Shown here: positions 1 through 8,378 of the stretch, piece after piece
Numbering within the stretch: position 1 is the stretch's first letter
Layout of the letters: every line of letters starts with the position of its first letter
Assembly: GCA_014382665.1 (NCBI GenBank)
Contig: JACNJH010000207.1
Coordinates: 1-58,088 of the forward strand
From: Candidatus Desulfatibia profunda
GTDB taxonomy: Bacteria > Desulfobacterota > Desulfobacteria > Desulfobacterales > UBA11574
Direction of reading: 5' to 3'
DNA: 58,088 nt
Notes under the pieces: generated by a model
Told to the model about the DNA's origin: nothing
Databases searched by the model: none
Seen by the model: the letters and a program-made list of their open reading frames with translations, nothing else
Program-made: the position numbers and the translations under genes

Positions 1-232
1 ATAAAACAATTAAAGGAATTGCAATTAATTTCACAAACTGTTATTACAATTTATCTAAATTAATCAAATAATTTAAATAGATTAGAAATTGTAATATTAA
101 TTTGCAAATATAAAGTTTCTATTTATATATAGATAACGAATTTGTGGTACTAATATTGCGTAAAAAATATTAAAGTTTTAGGAAAATTTTCCGAAATTAT
201 TTAAACAGCTAACAATTTTTGTTAAAAAGTTC

Positions 233-260
233 TTGACAATATAAACTCTAATGATAAACT
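233..260 (+). promoter_or_regulatory. sigma70-type promoter upstream of the structured RNA units and NYN gene
   Basis: TTGACA (233-238), 16-nt spacer, TG-n-TAAACT (255-260, extended -10); predicted start ~266-270, just before unit 1. Confidence 0.6.
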
Positions 261-272
261 TATTAATACTTT

Positions 273-328
273 AGAATACCCTCTGGCGTTGTCCCACCAC
301 AAGGCGTGAGTGGATAAACAACGTCAGA
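273..328 (+). ncRNA. structured RNA unit 1 (AGAATACCC + hairpin)
   Basis: TCTGGCGTTGT pairs with ACAACGTCAGA (one G-U); inner CCAC/GTGG and CAC/GTG stems; homologous to unit 2. Confidence 0.55.
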
Positions 329-351
329 TTAGTATATTAAAAGACAATTTG

Positions 352-413
352 AGAATACCCCATGGCGTTAACCCAACACATAGTAAATGTGAGTTGGGGC
401 CTTGACGTCATGG
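352..413 (+). ncRNA. structured RNA unit 2 (AGAATACCC + hairpin)
   Basis: CCATGGCGTTAA pairs with TTGACGTCATGG (two G-U); inner CCCAA/TTGGG and CACAT/ATGTG; compensatory changes relative to unit 1. Confidence 0.55.
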
Positions 414-420
414 TAGAAAT

Positions 421-458
421 AACAAAAAATCACCAGAATCTGGTGATTTTTTGTTTTT
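421..458 (+). terminator. intrinsic terminator-like hairpin between the RNA units and NYN
   Basis: perfect 17-bp inverted repeat AACAAAAAATCACCAGA / TCTGGTGATTTTTTGTT followed by T run. Confidence 0.75.
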
Positions 459-470
459 GGAGGTGTAAAT

Positions 471-1016
471 ATGGAAAAGGTTTCTGTTTTTATTGATGGG
501 GGCTATCTGGATCATATAATCCAGGATATTGGCAAAAAAGTTGACTATTCAAAGTTGGCAAGGAAATTGTGTGGAAGCGATAATTTTATGCGTGCCTATT
601 ATTATCATTGCCTTCCATACCAAAGCGATCCTCCAACAGAAGAAGAGAAAACTCGCTTTAGTAAAGCAAGCGCTTTTTTTGACCGGCTAAAAAGATTGGA
701 TAGATTCCAGATTCGTTTAGGAAAGTTGGCAAAAAGAGGCAATTATTCAGATGGAAATCCTATACTTATTCAAAAAAGAGTAGATGTTTATCTTGCAACC
801 GATCTTGTAAAATTTAGCGCACGAAAAGGAATGGATCAAGCGGTATTGCTTACCTCTGATAGTGACTACGTCCCCGCAATTGCAGCTTCAAAAGAATTTG
901 GAGTGATTGTAAAATTGGCATATTATGACAATCTTTCTATAAACCAAGAGTTGCTTGATGCATGTGATGAAAGGTTTTCTTTTTCAGCAAGCTTTTTCGA
1001 TGATATTTTAAGATAA
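471..1016 (+). CDS. NYN domain (LabA/DUF88, PIN-like) ribonuclease
   Basis: FIDGGY, QKRVDVYLATD and LTSDSDYVPAI acidic motifs; GGAGGT RBS; AT-rich. Confidence 0.9.
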   Translation: MEKVSVFIDGGYLDHIIQDIGKKVDYSKLARKLCGSDNFMRAYYYHCLPYQSDPPTEEEKTRFSKASAFFDRLKRLDRFQIRLGKLAKRGNYSDGNPILIQKRVDVYLATDLVKFSARKGMDQAVLLTSDSDYVPAIAASKEFGVIVKLAYYDNLSINQELLDACDERFSFSASFFDDILR

Positions 1017-1064
1017 AAAAGCTTTGAAAAAGCGGGCCGCCCATCAATTATAACATTCTTGTAT

Positions 1065-1226
1065 TTATTTCCGGCGAACTTCATCCAGCCAGTTGTCTAA
1101 CTTTTGGCGATATTCTGTATAATCGGTTTCCCTGCTGCAATGTTTGCAGGCAACTATATCTAAACCGCCATGCGCGACAATATCAGCCGTGTTACCGCAA
1201 AAGATGCAGACAATCTCCTTACTCAC
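1065..1226 (-). CDS. 53-aa zinc-ribbon protein (not in ORF track)
   Basis: GTG start overlaps IHF stop (GTGAGTAA); MSKEIVCIFCGNTADIVAHGGLDIVACKHCSRETDYTEYRQKLDNWLDEVRRK has two CxxC pairs. Confidence 0.6.
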   Translation of the reverse strand: MSKEIVCIFCGNTADIVAHGGLDIVACKHCSRETDYTEYRQKLDNWLDEVRRK

Positions 1227-1503
1227 CGTTAATCAAGCCTCTTAATTTCCCGGAGCATTTGAATATAACAATCCGCCGCGGCCTAAGCATCATATCATCG
1301 CCGGTGGCGGGATTGCGGCCTTTGCGCTGCTTTTTATCTTTTACGCAGAATTTGCCGAATCTGCTGATCATTACATCCTCCCCGGATGCCAGGGTCTTTT
1401 TCATGATTCCAAGCAGGGTTTCAACCGCTTTGCCGGATTGTTTATCGTCTAATCCGCTATTTTCGCTGATTTCTTCAACAATTTTCGCCTTGGTAAGTGT
1501 CAT
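1219..1503 (-). CDS. ihfA: integration host factor alpha-like / HU family DNA-binding protein
   Basis: MTLTKAKIVE...FGKFCV...RKGRNPATG motifs. Confidence 0.85.
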   Translation of the reverse strand: MTLTKAKIVEEISENSGLDDKQSGKAVETLLGIMKKTLASGEDVMISRFGKFCVKDKKQRKGRNPATGDDMMLRPRRIVIFKCSGKLRGLINGE

Positions 1504-1682
1504 ATTTGGTCCTTTGCGTGCTTTGTGCCTTCGCGTGAGACTATAAATTTGCGATTCGGTATGCCCCGCCCCGGTTGAGAATGAGAGTCAAAATGAAATA
1601 TCCGAATAATTTCAAAAAAATAGATATACAATTCTTTTCCAGAGGTCAAGACTGAATTTCATGTCAAATAGATACCACCATT

Positions 1683-1898
1683 CTATCGTTGATTAACGAT
1701 CCGCCTGATTTGGCGGACCGACATGCCCCAGCGCAGGGCCAGTTCATTGTGGTTGTGGCCTGTGAACTGGTTGCGGATGCGACGATTTCGTTCTTCGAGC
1801 TCCAGTTCTTTGATGGTCGGAATGGTGATGCGTATGCCGCCCAGCTCCTCGAACAGCCCTCGCTGAATGGCAAGTCCTGAAGCCGCTCCAAAAGGGTG
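1683..1898 (-). pseudogene. Mor/C-family transcription activator reading frame without a clear start
   Basis: frame reads ...LFEELGGIRITIPTIKELELEERNRRIRNQFTGHNHNELALRWGMSVRQIRRIVNQR*; in frame directly after the GIY-YIG TGA. Confidence 0.65.
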
Positions 1899-2147
1899 TC
1901 ATAGATGTTTTTTAGCAAAGGCCCGGCCTGAATGGGATTTGAGATACTTTTCGAATTTTGCAGCTTTTTCGCGGGAACGAAACCCTATGGCTGTTTCAAT
2001 TTTCCAAGGGCGATATTTGGAGGTGTGAGCAACTTGACCGTTGTTATGGGCTTTAAGTCTGGATTCCAGATTTTTCGTAAGCCCTGTGTAGTGGTGAGAT
2101 TCGTTTGTTTCACTGGCTAAAATGTAAACATAATAAAATTCGTTCAA
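1899..2147 (-). CDS. small standalone GIY-YIG nuclease
   Basis: YYVYIL...HHYTGLT...RLKAHN...FEKYLKSHSGRAF; TTG start. Confidence 0.85.
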   Translation of the reverse strand: MNEFYYVYILASETNESHHYTGLTKNLESRLKAHNNGQVAHTSKYRPWKIETAIGFRSREKAAKFEKYLKSHSGRAFAKKHL

Positions 2148-2165
2148 GCCATTGACTCTCCGTTG

Positions 2166-2710
2166 GCTTGCCAGCTCCGCCGTGGCAGTCTTCGTTCTTC
2201 ACTGCGTTTCGAACGAAGGATTCTTTATCTGGCTTGCCAAGGCGTAGTTCGAAACGCTTTTAGGGTTGTTATAGTGTAGCCCGGCTTCGCTTGCCAGCTT
2301 CGCCGTGGCAGTCTTCGTTCTTCACTGCGTTTCGAACGAAGGATTCTTTATCTGGCTTGCCAAGGCGTAGTTCGAAACGCTTTTAGGGTTGTTATAGTGT
2401 AGCCCGGCTTCGCTTGCCAGCTTCGCCGTGGCAGTCTTCGTTCTTCACTGCGTTTCGAACGAAGGATTCTTTATCTGGCTTGCCAAGGCGTAGTTCGAAA
2501 CGCTTTTAGGGTTGTTATAGTGTAGCCCGGCTTCGCTTGCCAGCTTCGCCGTGGCAGTCTTCGTTCTTCACTGCGTTTCGAACGAAGGATTCTTTATCTG
2601 GCTTGCCAAGGCGTAGTTCGAAACGCTTTTAGGGTTGTTATAGTGTAGCCCGGCTTCGCTTGCCAGCTTCGCCGTGGCAGTCTTCGTTCTTCACTGCGTT
2701 TCGAACGAAG
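2166..2710. repeat. tandem array of ~4.4 x 123-bp palindrome-rich units
   Basis: GCCGTGGCAG recurs at 2179, 2302, 2425, 2548, 2671; units identical by eye except one base in the leftmost copy and the array ends. Confidence 0.95.
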
Positions 2711-2712
2711 AC

Positions 2713-3068
2713 TGGTGGAGGCGGCGGGAGTCGAACCCGCGTCCGGAAATCTTCCGCACAAGCTTCTACATACTTATCCTGAATTTTGGCATTCGCCTTT
2801 TCAAGTCTCCTCCAGGCGCGATACTTGAAAGGCTATCCCGTAAGATGGTTCGCCGGTCCGGTAACAGGATTTAGGGACCGGCTATCCTGCTTGTCGACGC
2901 CCTTGCCGGATTAGCAGGAATGGTCCAACAGGGCGTTAGCCATTAAGCGGCTAATGCGTAGCTATAATCGTCTGCGATTATGTTTAGTTTCCCACCGTTT
3001 TTACAAGCTGGCAGGCGCTTGGTATGCAACTTGAGCTTCTTTATCCCCGTCGAAGCCGTTTCGCCCCC
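2713..3068 (-). ncRNA. ssrA: tmRNA
   Basis: 5' GGGGGCGAAACGGCTTCGACGGGG; 3' GGTTCGACTCCCGCCGCCTCCACCA; tag frame ADDYSYALAA* at 2975-2943; next to smpB. Confidence 0.97.
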
Positions 3069-3190
3069 ATATTGTGAAAGAACATTTTACCCAAGCCGAG
3101 CGTTTTAAATTATAGACTTGAAAATCGCTCAATTTGGGTTTTATTTAATATTGATATTAATCCACTTGCAAAGAGATGTCAATGTTTACC

Positions 3191-3652
3191 TTATTTATAT
3201 TCTTTTTTGGACCTTTCCAAGTCCCGTTCCTGATCGCGCCTTCTGATGGATTCACGCTTGTCATACTTGCGTTTACCTTTGGCAAGGGCCAGGGTCAGTT
3301 TGACCTTTCCACTTTGAAAATAAACCTTTAGGGGGATCAGGGAGTACCCCTTTTCATTGACCTTGGCGTAGAGCTTGTTGATTTCATATTTATGCAAGAG
3401 CAGCTTTTTTCTTCTTAAGGAATCATGATTATCATAAGACGCAAAGGGATAGGGACCGATGTGCATCTGGTAAACAAACACCTCTCCGTGTTTTATCCTG
3501 GCATAGGCATCCTTAAGGTTGACGCGGCCGAGCCGTAAGGATTTGACTTCGGTTCCCAGCAGAACCATCCCCGCCTCGTAAACATCCTCGATAGAATAGT
3601 TATGCCGGGCTTTTCTGTTTTCAGCGACGATCTTTATATGGCTTGAATTCAA
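3191..3652 (-). CDS. smpB: SsrA-binding protein
   Basis: NRKARHNY, GTEVKSLR, RKKLLLHK, GKRKYDKRE. Confidence 0.97.
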   Translation of the reverse strand: MNSSHIKIVAENRKARHNYSIEDVYEAGMVLLGTEVKSLRLGRVNLKDAYARIKHGEVFVYQMHIGPYPFASYDNHDSLRRKKLLLHKYEINKLYAKVNEKGYSLIPLKVYFQSGKVKLTLALAKGKRKYDKRESIRRRDQERDLERSKKEYK

Positions 3653-3696
3653 AAGGTATTATCCCCTAATTGACGACATTAATCAGTTGACCAATT

Positions 3697-5466
3697 TTAT
3701 CTTGAGGTAAATAGTTTGTCGGAAAGAATACGGCCGTAATTTTCCTGCACCAGCTCCATGATGCCTTTGGTCGAGGTTTTCTTTAGAACTTCCTTTAACA
3801 GGGAGCGGGCCTCTGTTACCGAAAGAGATCGTATCATTTTCTTGGCCGCCGGTATGGATTGCGGGTTCATGCTCAAATTTTCCATCCCCAATCCTAAAAG
3901 GATCGGCAGATTGATCGGGTCCCCGGCCATTTCACCGCACATAAAGACATTGATACCGGTATCTTTGGCCACATCGGCAACATGTTTGACCATGCGGATG
4001 ATAGCAGGATGCAGTGGTTGATACAGATGGGCAACCTTCTTGTTCACCCTATCCACCGCGAGGGAAAACTGAATCAGATCGTTGGTGCCGATACTGAAAA
4101 AATCAACATCTTTTGCCATTACATCCGCCAGGATCGCTGCTGAAGGAACCTCGATCATAATTCCGACTTCGATCTCCGGGTCAAAATCGACACCTTCCTT
4201 TTCCAGAGAAGTTGCCGCCTCTTTCAAAATCCTTTTGGCCTCAAGAATTTCTTCATGACATGAGATCATGGGAAGCAAAATCCTGACATGGCCGTACGCA
4301 GAGGCCCTTAAGATGGCCCGCAATTGAGTCTTGAATATATCGGGTTTTTGCAGGCAGTAGCGAATACCGCGCAGCCCTAAAACGGGATTGGTCTCGTCGG
4401 AATTCGATGTGAAGGAAGCCGCTTTATCACCGTCGATATCGAGCGTTCGAATCGTTACCGGCCGGGGCGTCATGACCTCGACGACATCTTTGTATTTATC
4501 AAAGAGCTCGTGTTCACTGGGAAAATCAGGCCTGCTCAAATATTGAAACTCCGTCCGGTAAAGGCCGATGCCGTCTCCGCCGTAGGCCATAACCGATACA
4601 ACCTCTTCCGGAAGCTCGATGTTGCCCATCACCTGCAGCAACACACCGTCCAGGGTCTCTGCCGGCAGATGACTTTCTCGCGAAATAACCGCTTTATGCG
4701 CTTCATACTCGGCCTTGCGTTCTTCGAACCGGATCAGGGTCTGGTCGGTGGGATTAATAATAACAATCCCGGAGGTGCCGTCCACAATGATGATGTCATC
4801 GTTTTTAATAATGCGGGTTGCGTTATCAAGGCCCAGAACCGCAGGAATCTCAAGGGTACGGGCAATGATGCCGGTGTGTGATGTCTTGCCGCCGCGATCG
4901 GTGACAAAGCCCATGACCTTTTCCAGTTGAATCTGGCTGGTCTCTGCGGGAGAAAGGTCAAAAGCAACCAGGATGACACGTTTGTTGATCGAAGCGATAC
5001 TCTCGGCTTCGGCTCCGACCAGATTCCGCATAATACTCTCCGATACATGGCCGATGTCGTCAGCCCGACTCCGCAGGTAAGGATCGGTCATATTGCTGAA
5101 CATCGATTTTAGGTCCGATACCGCCATTTTGAGTGCCCATTCGGCATTGAGCTGCTCATTTTCGATGGTCTCGATTGTCCGTCCATACAGCATCTTGTCT
5201 TTGAAAAGCACCATATGGGACTCAAGAATGTGGGCATGCTGGCGCAGGTCCTCGGGTGTTTGTTCAATGATGGATTGAAGCTCGTCTTTGGCTTTCTTTA
5301 CAGCGGCCTTGAAACGTTTTATTTCGTCTTTTATACTCGTTTCACTGACAAAATATTTCTCGACAACGTCCACACCTTCCCTGCCGACCAGATATGCTTT
5401 TCCGATACATACACCCGGTGAGGCAGCGATGCCATGGAGTTGTATTTCTTTGTCGTCGGTATTCAT
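3697..5466 (-). CDS. ptsI: PTS enzyme I (PEP-protein phosphotransferase)
   Basis: GGKTSHTGI phospho-His motif, GLYRTEF, NPVLGLRGIR, FSIGTNDL, CGEMAG. Confidence 0.95.
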   Translation of the reverse strand: MNTDDKEIQLHGIAASPGVCIGKAYLVGREGVDVVEKYFVSETSIKDEIKRFKAAVKKAKDELQSIIEQTPEDLRQHAHILESHMVLFKDKMLYGRTIETIENEQLNAEWALKMAVSDLKSMFSNMTDPYLRSRADDIGHVSESIMRNLVGAEAESIASINKRVILVAFDLSPAETSQIQLEKVMGFVTDRGGKTSHTGIIARTLEIPAVLGLDNATRIIKNDDIIIVDGTSGIVIINPTDQTLIRFEERKAEYEAHKAVISRESHLPAETLDGVLLQVMGNIELPEEVVSVMAYGGDGIGLYRTEFQYLSRPDFPSEHELFDKYKDVVEVMTPRPVTIRTLDIDGDKAASFTSNSDETNPVLGLRGIRYCLQKPDIFKTQLRAILRASAYGHVRILLPMISCHEEILEAKRILKEAATSLEKEGVDFDPEIEVGIMIEVPSAAILADVMAKDVDFFSIGTNDLIQFSLAVDRVNKKVAHLYQPLHPAIIRMVKHVADVAKDTGINVFMCGEMAGDPINLPILLGLGMENLSMNPQSIPAAKKMIRSLSVTEARSLLKEVLKKTSTKGIMELVQENYGRILSDKLFTSR

Positions 5467-5475
5467 AATATCGGT

Positions 5476-5757
5476 TTACTCCTCGAAACCTTTTTCAACG
5501 AGTTTCACAAGATCGTTCAATTTTTCAAGATCCGCGCGATCGTTAATTTTTATTGTTATCTTCGAACCCTGCACACAGACCAGCGTGAGGATGTCGATAA
5601 TGCGCGAGGCATCGGCTTTGGTATCGTCCTTTATAATCCAGATATTTGATTTGGCGTTTTGGACACATTTTGCAATTTTTGCTGCCGCCCTGGCATGCAA
5701 ACCAAGCGTGTTAACGATGACAACCTCCCTGGTGAGTTCCTTATCCAAGCCGTCCAT
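5476..5757 (-). CDS. ptsH: phosphocarrier HPr
   Basis: NTLGLHARAA (His15 motif); directly upstream of ptsI. Confidence 0.9.
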   Translation of the reverse strand: MDGLDKELTREVVIVNTLGLHARAAAKIAKCVQNAKSNIWIIKDDTKADASRIIDILTLVCVQGSKITIKINDRADLEKLNDLVKLVEKGFEE

Positions 5758-6170
5758 AGCATACGTTTTATTTTGATATTCCGCCCGGATACCATGTCAC
5801 GGTAATTCCAGAAGCCTGATACGTTGTGTTTTTTAGCACATTTTCTGGGCAGTCTTCATGAAATATTCGGGATAAAATACAACCCTAATTGAGCGTAAAC
5901 CAATCGGATCTTTCGGCATCCTCGACTTTCGCTCAACCAAGGTGCAACCATGAAGTTTCCGGATGGGAACCGATGACAAAAAACGAAAAATTTTTGACGG
6001 AAAATATAAATTTTTTATCAACCTCCTTTGTATTTGTCAATCTGTAATCATTGACAAAAGATAGAATAGCTGTTAAAAATTTTATTTTTGAATATTACAT
6101 ACAACATCTTGAAATTGCAACAAATTATTTTTGTGTGTTTCAAACGATCGCCAGAGCAGGGAGAAAAAAC

Positions 6171-6398
6171 ATGAAGGAAAAAATAGTGATTTACGGCAAG
6201 GATACCTGACCCTATACAACTGAGGCTCGTGAAGCTTTTGCCCAAAAAGGCCGGAAAGTGGAATATTATGATGTGCGCCTTGATGCCGGCAGGATGGACG
6301 CTATGCTGAAATATTCCGACGGCGTGCGTAAGGTTCCGGTCATTGTTGACCAGGGCAAGGTCACCATTGGATTTAACGGCAAAACATGAGGGGTTTAG
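6171..6398 (+). CDS. glutaredoxin-like UXX-star selenoprotein with two Sec (not in ORF track)
   Basis: MKEKIVIYGKDT-TGA(6207)-PYTT...VPVIVDQGKVTIGFNGKT-TGA(6387)-GV-TAG; GGGAG RBS; Trx-fold UxxT and C-terminal UGV*. Confidence 0.8.
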
Positions 6399-6403
6399 GT
6401 AGA

Positions 6404-6420
6404 TTCGGCTGGAGGCCGAA
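6404..6420 (+). promoter_or_regulatory. candidate bacterial SECIS hairpin for the second UGA
   Basis: TTCGGC-TGGAG-GCCGAA, 14 nt after TGA 6387-6389, with a G-rich loop. Confidence 0.5.
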
Positions 6421-6502
6421 CTGTTACCATCCATAAAAGGCTCTTTTTCCGATTTATGAATTGGAAACAATACTATTTGATTACCAAAGAAAAGGGAAGA
6501 CT

Positions 6503-7162
6503 GTGAACAGATTGGAAAAACAATTTTTGATTGACGAATTCAAAATCGGAGAAGCCTGGCGGCTGTTCAAAATCATGGGAGAATTTGTTGAAGGGATCGA
6601 TACACTCCATGAAATAGGTCCTGCCGTGACTTTCTTCGGTTCTGCCAGAATAAAACCCCGTGATCCGATATATAAAAAAACCGAAGAAATCGCAGCGCTT
6701 TTTGCCAAAAACGACTTCGCCGTCATCACCGGCGGGGGTGGGGGTGTTATGGAGGCTGCCAACAAAGGGGCTGCCGAGGCGGGGGGGACTTCCGTTGGGC
6801 TGAATATTCTGCTGCCGTTTGAGCAAAAACCGAACCAATATGCCAATATTAAACTCGATTTCAAATACTTTTTTATCCGCAAGGTCATGTTTATTAAATA
6901 TGCCACCGCCTACATTATCATGCCCGGTGGCTTCGGTACCCTGGATGAGCTTTTTGAGGCCGTAACGCTGATTCAAACCCAACGAATCAGACCGTTTCCG
7001 CTGATTTTGGTCGGTTCCGACTACTGGAGAGGGCTGATCGACTGGATTAAATCTTATTTGCTTGCAGAAAAACGGATATCACCGAAAGATCTCGATATCC
7101 TGCAGGTCATGGATGATACTGAAGAAATATTCAAGGCGGTGCAAAAAGTGGTGATTCTTTAA
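6503..7162 (+). CDS. LOG family (Rossmann-fold) nucleotide phosphoribohydrolase
   Basis: TGGGGGVMEAANKGA, FFIRKVMF, PGGFGTLDE; likely GTG start at 6503 (track starts 6461). Confidence 0.9.
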   Translation: MNRLEKQFLIDEFKIGEAWRLFKIMGEFVEGIDTLHEIGPAVTFFGSARIKPRDPIYKKTEEIAALFAKNDFAVITGGGGGVMEAANKGAAEAGGTSVGLNILLPFEQKPNQYANIKLDFKYFFIRKVMFIKYATAYIIMPGGFGTLDELFEAVTLIQTQRIRPFPLILVGSDYWRGLIDWIKSYLLAEKRISPKDLDILQVMDDTEEIFKAVQKVVIL

Positions 7163-7163
7163 A

Positions 7164-7236
7164 TTTGAATTCCCCGCTGCTTGTCGAAGCGGAGCGTAGA
7201 TCCCGCCAGATCGGGGCAGCGCGGGATGAATTCAAA
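7164..7236. repeat. REP-like palindromic element
   Basis: TTTGAATTC-CCCGCTGC ... GCAGCGCGGG-ATGAATTCAAA; a related CCGCAGC-CTAT-GCTGCGG lies at 7294-7311. Confidence 0.55.
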
Positions 7237-7529
7237 TAAAAGATAGTAACCTCTTTAAGGCGAAAGTGCGGTTAGCCTTTCGCCAAACTGATCCCGCAGC
7301 CTATGCTGCGGAAGTTTCATAAAATCGTAACACGATTTTATTTCTCTTGATTAATAGGAAATATTTTACAATAATACGTTACGATAAGTGAATGATATTC
7401 AGAAAATTATTAAGATACAGAGTCAAGTTTGGCCGGCTGGTAATTATTAAGATCTTCGGATCTCTTTTTTTTGTGAACTCGTTGGCCGCCGGAAGTCTGG
7501 TGCGTTCGTGAAAAGGAAGGCAGAGGATA

Positions 7530-8351
7530 TTGGGAGTATCTGGTGAAACTAAAACGCGAGACGTTCTCCTGGAGTTCGAAGACATTCACATGAGCTTTGG
7601 GAAGGTTCTTGCGCTGGCCGGCGTGAACCTGAAAATCAGAAAAGGGGAGATTCATTCCGTGATCGGGCCCAACGGTGCCGGCAAGACGGTAATGATGAAC
7701 TGTGTCAACGGTCTTTACAGGCCGCAGCAGGGAAGTATTTATTATAAAAAGCAAAAGATTAATAAACTCAAACCTTACCAGCGGGCTATGCTGGGAATTG
7801 CCCGAACGTTTCAAAAAGTTGAAGTTTTTGGCGGTATGACCGTGCTCGACAACATCCGCCTGGGTCGTCATATCCATTATAAATTCGGCGTTATCAGCGG
7901 ATCATGGTATGCCGGCAAAACCGCCCGGGAAGAAATTAAGCATCGCAGCTTTATCGAAGAAGAAATTATAGATCTTCTGGAGATCGAACATATTCGCCAC
8001 AAACCGGTCGGGATGTTGCCGTACGGCTTGCAAAAACGCGTCGAACTGGGCCGGGCCCTGGCCCTGGAGCCTGAACTTCTGATCCTTGATGAACCCCTGG
8101 CGGGCCTCAATCTCGAAGAGGTCGAAGACATGGCCAGATTCATACTAGACATCAATGAAGAAGAGCGCTGGAAGATTACCTGCCTTCTTGTCGAGCACGA
8201 TATGGGCGTGGTGATGGACCTTTCCGATCGTGTTTTTGTGCTCAATTTCGGCAACATGATCATAGACGGCACGCCCGATGAGGTTCAGAATCATCCCGAG
8301 GTGATCAAAGCCTATCTGGGGGAAGAGGATCTGTATGCCACACGCAGATAA
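7530..8351 (+). CDS. branched-chain-type ABC transporter ATPase (LivG-like)
   Basis: GPNGAGKT, LPYGLQKR, LILDEP, LVEHD; start uncertain. Confidence 0.92.
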   Translation: MGVSGETKTRDVLLEFEDIHMSFGKVLALAGVNLKIRKGEIHSVIGPNGAGKTVMMNCVNGLYRPQQGSIYYKKQKINKLKPYQRAMLGIARTFQKVEVFGGMTVLDNIRLGRHIHYKFGVISGSWYAGKTAREEIKHRSFIEEEIIDLLEIEHIRHKPVGMLPYGLQKRVELGRALALEPELLILDEPLAGLNLEEVEDMARFILDINEEERWKITCLLVEHDMGVVMDLSDRVFVLNFGNMIIDGTPDEVQNHPEVIKAYLGEEDLYATRR

Positions 8352-8378
8352 AACAGGACAAGGCCCAAGCGGATAGAT

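Noticed and set aside
1-70. 3' end of a gene entering the window
   Set aside because: Two short open frames exist in very AT-rich DNA, with no motif to choose between them.
1021-1218. integrase remnant near the presumed island
   Set aside because: No tyrosine or serine recombinase motifs; the region is explained by the small zinc-ribbon ORF.
1664-1918. 84-aa ORF from the track (MLKNIYDTLL...)
   Set aside because: A different frame over the same DNA gives a recognisable Mor domain, so this is most likely a shadow.
2166-2710. CRISPR array
   Set aside because: Units are 123 bp and identical end to end with no variable spacers, and no cas genes are present.
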